Of a DNA stretch of 64,000 nucleotides, positions 39,239 to 50,600 are shown piece after piece. Positions within the stretch are counted from its first letter, which is position 1. Every line of letters starts with the position of its first letter. The notes under the pieces were generated by a model, which saw only the letters and a list, made by a program, of their open reading frames with translations, was not told the DNA's origin and did no database searches. Made by a program: the position numbers and the translations under genes. The stretch is from contig NC_092675.1 in assembly GCF_964355755.1 (NCBI RefSeq), positions 7,807,812 to 7,871,811 on the forward strand. The letters run 5' to 3'. Source of the DNA: Antedon mediterranea. Taxonomy: Eukaryota; Animalia; Echinodermata.

Positions 39239-41551
39239 ACTGCGGCTAGAAAATCTCGGCTAGCAATAGCTGATCGGATTTTGACGAATTTTGTAGCAGA
39301 TTTCGGCTGCTGAAGCTTTAAAGAAAAGCTTCAAAATTGACGAATACAATTTAGTGCTTGGAGCCATGGGCTAAAGCATTGCGAAGTGTTACGGTGTTTC
39401 ACACGAATCGAATTAGTTTGAGAACGATCATTGTTGGTTGCTAGGGAATAGACATATCGTAGGCTAAAAACCAGCGTCATCGATTTGTAAAATTTAAAGA
39501 AAGCATTAGTATGGAAATAATAACAGAAAGAACACAAAATCGATTTTATTTCATTTAGTAGTTTAAAGTACATGTATAGTTACGATATAATTTTGTTAAT
39601 TTTTGTTGAACAATATTTAGCAGAAAAAAACGTTTTAGGTTTCATCCGGTTTTAATTTTATTTGATATTAATTTACATGATGGCAAGAACGAACGCCAGG
39701 AGTGAATTAAATTAATATGCAAAATTATTTTTAATTAATCTAATATATCGTAAAATTTGTTTAGTAATTTGAGACTAAACTTTTAATTCAAAATAAAGTT
39801 TACCGGTTTTTTCTTCATCATTTCTAATATTAAGTGTGTTGAGTTCCTCATATGTCACGTATATAGTATATAACACATTTTCATTTAAAATAGACAATCT
39901 TATACAATAATATTATAAAATAAGTGTAGGCCTATTATATCAACACTTTTATTATATAACCCGTGAGCGCTTTCGGTATGGGTGTTTTCAAGTCGAAGGA
40001 TAACGCTGTAACGGTTACATATATTTTTTGCTGTTTAATAGTTAGAAATAAATTTATATTTTTAGTACGGTATAATGATATTAAAACTACTTAATATGCT
40101 GATAATGCAAAACCTTGTATGTGCCAAGTTGTGGGTACATTTAAAATCATTAATAATAATTATAATATTTCTAAAACAATTACCGTAGTAAACATCATAT
40201 AAAGTTATTTGATAGATTGTATTATGTTTATAAGTTTGTTTAAGTGTAACAAAATAATTATTTGTTTCTCTCCGTGTGTCCAATCGACCAGGATTTTCCT
40301 GGTCATTCGAATTGTTGTTGCTATTCGAAACAGTGATATGTTGTGTGTCGTCATATACCAATATCCAATTGGTTTATTTTTCAAGGAAACTTGGCAAAAC
40401 AAAAAATGCTATTGTATCAAGATATGATTTGAGTCTATTTTATGTTACAAACTATCTTGTATTGTCTTATTCTAGGCATTGTGTCTGTACTACTGTCCCA
40501 GAAGATTTACCCGCAATAGTGATTATTTTTAATATATACTATTTTCATCATTAGAGTATAAAATTGGCCGTGTGTTTATCCCAATAAGATCCACAATACA
40601 ACAATATGATATATATATATATATACATGCGTGAAGCCATATGAATAAAATTGATGTTGAATATCGTGTATATAATTGTTTAGCAGCATACCTTGGAAGT
40701 GCGCGTCGCCATTTTAGGCCCACGCGCGCACCTTTTGGTATAATGGTATTTATTGTACAGTGTATAATTATGTATGTTGATTACTGTGTGAACAGGTACT
40801 AGCATTTTGGTGAAGATTTGTTTACCATTTTTAAACTTCCACCACGTGACCAAATTTTGTAAATAATATATTAATGAAAAAAAATTAAATATTTTAGTGA
40901 GTTGTTTTCGGTGATAAGTTTAGTTATGAAGAAAATAGAACAAGTAGCATTTTCACTCTATTATCACTTTGGATGACGTAATTGGTTTTGTAGTAACAAT
41001 TAAAATAGCTTACGTCGAATTGATAAATTGCGTTATTTCATTGAGTCGAATGTTTGTATTTGTCATGTGTTTTGTATGGTCCAAAGAACTATTTCATATT
41101 AAAAGCCTTTCTTGCAATTAGTTTGATTAAAAAAATTCCTATGGACTAACAAGGGTATATATAAGTTAGTCTTCTCATGATAAAAAACATGAAACTAAAA
41201 TGGCACAATATCGCTGCAAGTGTGAACTAAGCTTTACTTTTGCGTGCCGATATCAATTGTAGAATGAGGTTTCACATCAGCAGTGTCTCTAATTTTCTTT
41301 TATCTTTTCTCCCAATTGGCTATTTATGTGTACCAAAGATATTCACATGCACTTTGTAAACAAATTGTCGCACCGAAACATCCCTTTTAATACTACGGTC
41401 ACAATTAGTATGTTTGGCGGTGATTGCCTTCCATAATACTAGTAGAAATGATACATGTGGACTGTAGAGGGTGGCATACAATAATAAACGAAACTTCATA
41501 CATTTCTATTCTATAGAGTTTTCTCTCCCCTTCAGGACAGAGGAATCCGTT

Positions 41552-41615
41552 ATGTTTTGGATACTTTCTCTTGTTTTTGTTGCAATAAATTGTTATGGTG
41601 TTAATACTCAATTTG
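41552..41615 (+). CDS. SRCR receptor exon 1 (signal peptide)
   Basis: MFWILSLVFVAINCYGVNTQF: hydrophobic core, small residues at C-Y-G; donor G|GTATGT, phase 1, matching the next exon. An upstream acceptor (TTCTCTCCCCTTCAG, 41535) may indicate a 5'UTR exon. Confidence 0.75.
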
Positions 41616-44600
41616 GTATGTTGATACTGTATTTAGCCTCAGCCTAGATTAGGCTTATTAGCAAATGCTAAATTAGCCTAGGCGGCCTGCTCTCTATCTA
41701 CTCTAGAGACTAGGCCTAACTAGGCCTAGCCCAGGCTTAGGCCTAGCTCTATAGTGGACAGGCCTACTAGGCCCTCTAGCTAGTAGGATGCTTTAGAGTG
41801 CTGTATGTAGCTACCAATGATATGTAATACTAGTCGAAGGCTGGATGGCAATCTTTTAATGTTATCGCAGTTCAAAAGTGATTCTCCATGGAGAGGGAAC
41901 CAACGAACAAGATGGCGGCTGCAATTGACCAATCAGATAGATATGCCCTACGCTACGCAGTATCCAATGCTACGCCTGTATCTGTATGCGACTCGTACAA
42001 ACACCTTTCTAGGTTTTCGTTGCACGCAGGGCGGGGTCTGATGTGCAGCAGTTATTTTAAATAGTGGGCAGTGGATATCAGGTCGTTAATGTTTATTTGT
42101 TCAAGTTCGGATTTGAAGAAGGTCTTGGTATTTGGAGCATCGCGGAAAGGCAAATTGTTCCATTCAGGGATCGTTTTGGGATATAATGAGTGGCGATAAC
42201 AGTCTTTGTTAGCAGGAATAAAATCGTAAACGAGGGGGTCAGTCTGTCTTGTCTTTATCCCTCTTGTAGATGCTTTGCAATAATTCTGGATATTGTTCGG
42301 TAGAATATGTGTTATAATTTATGTGGTCTTAATGTATTATATTACATATTATTTTTTATATTAAATTTTAAATTTACGGCCGCCATCTTGTTGGTTCCCC
42401 TCTTGTTGCAATCACTTTTCAGTCTAGAGTGCGGCCTCTAGCCTTCGGCTTTACCTCACTGGTAGCTACATAGCTAGGCCCTAGTGATATTAGATAAAAG
42501 ATAGGCTTTTTTTTTTGATAATAGGGATAACGTTGATTTGGAAGGAACCCAACACATTTAGGACCAAAATTTGGAAATCTTATTTTAATTGTCAAAATAA
42601 TATAATTTTATCTACTGTATATTATAATTATTATATTACTAATTGAATTACTATCACCTATAATCATGCCGATTATGGCCGATATTTTTGGACCACTACT
42701 ATTAAAAGGTTGCTCATCATCTTCCTAGCTCCTATATAGCTATACTCAGAACCTCATTTGGGTATAGTTGTAGATGGGTTGGTCACATCCGGTCACATTT
42801 ATGTAGTGTGGGCTTCCTAATTTTTCTTTTAAAACATGTTTCATATTATTACGTTACAATACATACTACTTTAATAAGCCTAGTAGTAGTGTACCATACA
42901 CATACCATTCATATTCAAACAAATGGACGATGAGAACCACGGTCTAAAACATCATTGTTAATAATAATAGCTGTTCATGTTTGGTATATTTTGCACAGAG
43001 ATATTAATAATAACGTGTTATAAGCATAGGCCTATGCTTCAATAATTTCCCAAGTTCTTTGTTATTTAATAATAATTGTTATTTTTTATTGTTATTGTCA
43101 TATTTCATCATAATAAGGAAATAGAAGATGTTATCATTGAATTTGGAAACATTACCAGATTAATATTTGGGAACATGTACTGCAAAAATCAAGATCGGGC
43201 ACATACAGTAGTAACATTTTGTCTCAATTATCATTTTGATTAGACGTTATACCTGTTTTTAAGTAGTCTTGTCAAATCTTGTGGTCGTCAGCAATTCATA
43301 ATAATAATAAATAATTATGTACTTTTTGACTTTTTTAGATTTTGAGGTAAAGTTTAACAACGGTCAAGCACCTGGAAAGCATTATGGAACGGTAGAAATA
43401 TACTACAACAGAAACTGGTGGTTGATCGCCTCAGCTAATTGGACGTTATCAAACTCTTTAGTCGTCTGCAAATCTTTAGGTTATTCCGATGTACATGCCT
43501 ACGCCCCTGTCAACCGTGTAGACAATTCACGCATGTTAACGGCACGCTCTTTTATTTGCACTGGCAAGGAAAGTGGTCTACAGTATTGCAAACAATTTGA
43601 CTTCCCTTCATCTGCATTTGATAACATTGGTGAAAAGATTGTAAAAATAACATGTAAAGGACTAGAAGGTACAGTATGTTAGTGTTCCTAATTAAAGGCT
43701 TTGTTGAAGCTTAATAATAATAATCATGGCCACCAGTGTATCATGATGAATTTGTTTTAAATTTATATCCAGGTATTTTACTATATAATTAAAGGACAAC
43801 TTACCATATATTTACAACGTATTAAGGATGCACGCGCTCGCTGTACAGCTGTCACTGTAAATTGCTGTGAAATCACGGGTGCATTGCAAAATCTACTTAA
43901 TGAGTCCAGATAAGCAAAAGAAAAAAAAAATCAACATTTATATTTTTTTACGACTTATTTACAAAGAAATGTTTGCGATTTGCCAGACTTTGCCAGAAAA
44001 CTCATGATGTAAATTTTGCGATGCACCTGTGACGTCGTTAAAATATGGTCCTCGGTCAAGTTGTCTTTTAAAATACAAAAGTATATTGTTTTTTGTCTAT
44101 GTTATTTCTTATTTTAAATTCCATTATTGTTTAATTCTAAAAAGGATAAACTAAACGCCGGTCGGACACCAACCCGGTATTTTTTAACAATCTTTCGAGA
44201 TAACAAATAAAACAAGATTTATGTAGTTAAACTTAATTTAAAAATATTTACTTTAGAAATATGTTTAAAGACACCTTTCCTTCGTTTTTTAGATCTATTT
44301 TAAGATCACAAACTATATTTAATATAAAAATAATACTATATGGTCCTATTGCGATAACTTTTTTTGTCTTTAAATGGTTAAAAATGTGAAAAATAAGTCG
44401 ATTCTAATAATTATAGCGGCCCGCTATAAATCCCAAAATGCATTGCGCGCGGATTGATATTTCTGTTTTTCTTCTGTAATTCACCCACTTTTCGATCGAT
44501 CGTGAGGCCAAAACAAATGGAAACTCCTAACTTTTCAGCGAAAATACCGGGTTTTGCCCAATTTGTATCAACGTAGTCTGGCAAAAATAGAAAGAAAATT

Positions 44601-47600
44601 AATGCAGCAACTATACGACGTCAGGCTAGGTATATAGCTAGCGTACGATGTTCGTTCGTTACCGATGTTTACCAGCTAGGCCTACAAAACTAGCTAGGCT
44701 AGGCTAGGCCTAATTAAAGACCGTTCACGAGAGGTCAGTCGCCGCGAGCTACCTAGGTACTGTAGTGCATTGTTTCTCACTTTTTATCATAATTTACCAT
44801 AAAACGTACATTTAAGACAAGGAATGACCTGGTTTAATGTTTTTAAAGTAGTATTATTTTTACAAAACGTCACAAATTGTAGGGAAGGTGTCTTTAAGAT
44901 TATCCGGAAGGATAAATAAATGTTATTTTTAATTAAATTGAAAAAATAAAAGTAAAAAGTATTATGCCATGTACAGTATGTAAAATTAAATTAAAAAACT
45001 TGAAGTAAACCATATATAGTAATAATTAGTATCATTCAGTTAAAGTTATTATGTATGTGTCCAATTTGTACAAACAAGCAAAAATTGTCTGAAATAACCC
45101 ATGTGAGTTTTATGCGATGCGCACACGGTGTGTCCAGTGGGTGCAATTGTTTTTTAAAGTTTTAATTATCAATTCAATTGGAATCTCTTAATTTAGAATT
45201 GTCTAGTGTGAATTAGCACTGGATTATTTGATTTTTAATTATTTACAATGACTTTAATGACACAAGTTTCACAAGCACACAAGTTTCAGACAAGATCCAG
45301 AAACTGATCAATGCAATAATATAAATCCTTTTTTTTTTCTTCTCTATTTATCAGAAAGTCATGTTAGATTGGTTGGGGGCTTGACTGCAAAAGAAGGCAG
45401 AGCCGAAGTGTATCACAATGGGGAGTGGGGTACAATCTGCAATAGCGGAATGGTGTTGTCGGATGCAACGGCACTCTGTCGTACTGTCGGCTACGATACC
45501 AAATTGGCAAATTATGGTCTATCAAGACGTTTGCGTAAAGCAACAGGACGGATCTGGATTGATAATTTACGTTGCGATGGTTCAGAGTCGAAAATAAATG
45601 AATGCTCACAAGTGTCGTGGAATGGAAGTGATTCCTGCAATCACAATGATGATGTATACATGTACTGTTATTCAGGTACATAATTTATTAACGACATTTC
45701 ATATTTAGGTACATAATACTATAGGGAAATTTTGATTTGCAAAGATGTGGGACCTATACATTGGTCATCAACTGGACCTAAAATCTGGCAAAACTGTGTC
45801 AAAGAATGCAATAACATATTAAAGATGTATTGTCCCTTTGTCAAATTCCTAAAAAAAAAAAAAAAGATTTCGAAAAAAAGTGGGTCATTTTGAAGTATCA
45901 TAATAGTTATTAATTTTCACCAAAAATGAGTCGAAAAAAAAATCATTTAACTGAAATACAGACGTTTTTTGGTTCAAAAAATAACTTTGACTTCCAGTCA
46001 AAGTTTTCTATCAAAACATATCTCATAATGCAACACGCTTATTTGGCTACTCTGTATGCATAATCATAAAACTTCCTCACAATCTGTGTGAAAACACCTT
46101 CTCATCCGTGACGAGTTGTAAACAATTCTAATTAGCATCATGCATAATGTATACTCATGGTTTGAAATCTTTGTTTACTTTCGCTCGGGACGATTATCCA
46201 GACGAAATGTAATCAAATTAATTTAGCTGTTAATTACGTAAAATTGTTGTTTTTGGCTCGAATTTTTAATATTACTTTGATATGGCCAATTTAAATTTAG
46301 AATATTTTGACCTTCATTTTTTTGTGTTTCAAGGGACAATACATCTTTAAATGATCCTCATATGCAAAATTGCTAGATAATTTATATTATAAAAATTAAA
46401 TAATTAATTTAAATAAAAAATTGCTTTAACTGTCAAAGAATCAAAGTGCGGAAGCATATCACATTGCAAATTTAAAGGCTTCCTCATAGTCAGATCCTTC
46501 AAACTTAATCTGTAGCTGAAATTTAAAACAAAAAAAATGTGATTGTAAAACTGATCTATGTACTTACACTTCATCCAAGTGCTTTTTTCTTTTATGGGAA
46601 TGAACATTCACAAATGAATGAAACTGACCTACCTTGACCTAAGCTGTCCACGCCGTCTGGGAGACTTGTGATGGCTTCTGTTTCACGACCTCTTGCCAGA
46701 TCCTCCTATCTTGTGACATTCTACAGTAGTTGCACTTGTTAGGGATCCTTGGTTTCTTGAATGAAACTACCTTTACTGAATTCTACTTTCTCTTGTTTTT
46801 CCACTTTCTTTTTGTTTATAGAATAATTATGGCATTCCGTCTTATGTTGAACAAATAAAGGGTACATTTGTAGTTTGAAAAGTAGGTATTGCTTACTGTG
46901 AAAGCCTCATAAGAGACCATATATTCTTTCTACAGATAATGATATCCGATTGCAGTCAAATAATGTACATTCTGGGATAGTTGAATTTTACCATTCTGAA
47001 GTTTGGGGTTACACTTGTGAATCCAACTACTACTATTCATCGTACAGCACGTATGTACATGTAGATGCAACTGTTGCCTGCCGTTCACTTGGTTTTACGA
47101 ACCCAATTGTTGGCGAGTACACTACCAGAAACTCAACCAGTAAGATTTGGCTTGATTATATAAGCTGTGACGGACATGAAAACAGTCTTATTGAGTGTGA
47201 ACATGATGATTGGACTGGATCGTCTTGCTCAAATGTATGGGTTGTTGTCTGTATGCAGTCAGTAGGTATGTACAGTTTTAGTTACTGAAAAAAAAACTGT
47301 GGAGATATAATAAAATAGCACAAAGGCTTTTGGCAATTAAAATACGACATCGAGAGTACCCGGGCACAGATCGACCAAAGCACCACCCTAATTGTAGTAA
47401 CCTGCAGCCCAACATAATATGGAAAGCACGTTTTTGAACACACTTAATGGCGTACTCCTAGTGGCATAATGGCTATGAGCGCTCACTGCCTAAATTCAGG
47501 GGCCTAGCCTATTCAGGCCTACTGTAGGCTAGACCTAGTAGTACTAGCTTGGCTGAAAGGCAAAACTTCGACAGACAATTGGAACTCATTAGGCTAATTA

Positions 47601-50600
47601 CGATTCCACGTCTTGTAGAGGTGTTCCCATTAATTAATCAAATTCCTACAAATGATCTAAATCTAATTTAAATGCCTTTTTGATCTAAATTAGTACATAT
47701 ATCTCTCCAGAAATATACTTCCATCGCGAAAAACCAGTCATAATATTCAAATCACTGCGAAAGTACAAAATAGGTTGTTGTATTTCAAAAGCTATAGTAT
47801 AAAACAAAATATTTTACAAACGCGAAAAGATTTTTTTTTTCGTACGTGAAAAAAATTACTATTAAACGAACATGCGTACTATTCCACGCCATGTGACCCA
47901 CATTCGTCCAATCAAATGACAGGAATTTATATAGGTGTTATATAAAACCGTTAATTTTGTCATTTTATTTTTTTTTCGGGTTTTTTTTCTATGGAAGTGA
48001 TTGCATCTATATATAAATTTACGTAAGGGCAAAATTCGGTAAATCGCGCCTTACTTCTTGAATTTTCACTCGATGGTATGTAAAGTTGGTTCGTACTTTC
48101 GGTACTGATTTTAACCGCCTGATGTAACCCTGTTTACTAATTAAATTGAGTTAGATAATTAGTTATTGACGATTAAAACGAATTTAGGTTCAACGATTTG
48201 CCCCAAATAGGGGTGTTTTCCGATCGTGGTATACACTGTCTAATGGATGTCCGTCTTGAAAAATACCCGCCAAAAAAATGCGAGGAGGCTTCGCATTTTT
48301 CTATCTCCTCCTACGATAATTGTTTTTAATAGCTGAAAACCGGTTGAACAGCTAGAGTACACCATCATAATGTTGAAGACAGGCCGATTTCTTTTAAAAA
48401 ATACTATTTTGATAGATTTAATATACGATTATACAAATGTATTGATTTGCGATGAATGGAACATCCCAATCTCTCAGTCTGCCAGAGTTTGGTTTAACAC
48501 AAGTACTGTAGGTAAATTTATGAGCCCTTGGTTTAACACATACGGTAGGTAAATATATGGGCCCTTTGAGAATAAACTTGCAATAGGTTCGGAAAATGTT
48601 AAAAACCAATTTATATTATTTGAATCGGTAAACAGTTTCCATTTATTATACATTGATAATGAAACATGAAATATTCCTATTTATGTCCCTCGAGGTTCAT
48701 TACAATTTATATTTAGTAGTCCCACGGACTTCATCTTAGCCACTCCCCCGAGTGCTAAGGCCAAATTTATGATACCCTACTTTCTATGTAAGTTTAGTTA
48801 CAGTTAGTTCTTGACGATAATACAACGAATTTAGGTTACACCCTTCGGCCGCGAAAACGTTTCTGTACAAATATGATACCGATTGGCTTTATTTCATTCA
48901 ACAGCGACCATAATCTCGCCAATTACAGGATAGATAAACTATTTTATTATTGATGTGCTTATAAATTAAGACTCATGTAAACAGCTTGATTACATCATTT
49001 TACAGACAAACGAAACTTTTTTAAACCTACTGTTTCAATAACTGAGTATAATACTGTATACGTTTTCATAAGTAAGTGCATATACATTTTCGTGTTTTCA
49101 TTGACGAGATTGTAATAGTAACTTCAGTAACTATTACAGTACTTATTTATTATACGACACAAGACAATTGTATCTGACAGGTACGTACATTATTCTAAAA
49201 AATAAGTCTAGATAGATCCCTTAGGCGTCATAAATCACAGGCCAACAAATCAGTACTCATGACAGAAATTCGACCCAGTTTGGTTCACACAAATGTTTAC
49301 AGGAATTTCAACCACCACAACCGATGATTTGCCCTAAATATTTAGGTAGACTACAGTTTAATTTTTCACTGAATAGTAGCTTGAATTTCCGATTTCCATT
49401 TCGCAGAATGTCTAGGTCTATTTATTTAGTTTGGTTCTTATAATATATAAATACAATCAACTTTATTACTGCGGTTCCATCACCACCACCACGTGCCGCC
49501 CAATTCCCCGGTACATACATTTCCATTTCTCCCTAATTTCTTTAGTCCACATAAATTAATTGTCCTTTATGGAATCCAGTATTGGTTTTGTTGTCTCTAT
49601 TCTATTCTACTGTATTCGAGAACCATCTGTGAGCACCCCTAGATGGTACGCGAGCGAAGCGAGCGTGCCATCTAGTCTTTAAGAATTAACTTTAAAAACA
49701 CCGGACATATTTTCTTTTTATTAAAAAAAATTGTTTTTGCAGTTAATGAAACTGATGAGCAAAAGAGCTATATATGTCGAAAAAAATGTCTCAATGGTCA
49801 TTGTAGATATGGTGATGATTGTATCTGTTATGGATCATGGTATGGTGATTGGTGTGGTATGTGTACTATTCACATTTTATTTCAAAATATTGTACATGCT
49901 TCTTTATGATTTTTTTTAAAATGGTTTAATCTTGGTTGTTAAGGCTTTACTGTATTCTTTTTTATTTATGGAATGTGCATACAAAATTATGTAATAATAA
50001 TAATAATAATAATAAGCAATGATAATGATAATAAGCAATGATAATGATAACAAGCAATGATAATGATAACAAGCAATGATAATAAGCAATGATAATGATA
50101 ATAAGCAATGATAATGATAATAAGCAATGATAATGATAATAAGCAATGATAATGATAATAAGCAATGATAATGATAACAAGCAATGATAATGATAACAAG
50201 CAATGATAATAAGCAATGATAATGATAACAAGCAATGATAATGATAATAAGCAATGATAATGGTAATAAGCAATGATAATGATAATAAGCAATGATAATG
50301 ATAATAAGCAATGATAATGATAACAAGCAATGATAATGATAACAAGCAATGATAATGATAATAAGCAATGATAATGATAATAAGCAATGATAATGATAAA
50401 AAGTAATAATAATGATAACAAGCAATGATAATGATAACAAGCAATGATAATAAGCAATGATAATGATAATAAGCAATGATAATGATAATAAGCAATGATA
50501 ATGATAATAAGCAATGATAATGATAATAAGCAATGATAATGATAAAAAGTAATAATAATGATAACAAGCAATGATAATGATAATAAGCAATGATAATGAT

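Noticed and set aside
42666-43163. Nearer ATGs (42666, 42923, 43128) as the SRCR gene start
   Set aside because: Each hits a stop within ~20 codons and none gives a signal peptide with a phase-1 donor; 41552 does.
47330-49340. Scattered short similarities in SRCR intron 4 (e.g. TTAGTT.TTGACGAT..AACGAATTTAGGTT at ~48160 and ~48803)
   Set aside because: Likely fragments of old repeats; no termini or TSDs could be defined.
49303-49345. Possible extra Thr-rich SRCR exon (ACAG|GAATTTCAACCACCACAACC...)
   Set aside because: In the required phase it reaches TAA before the donor.
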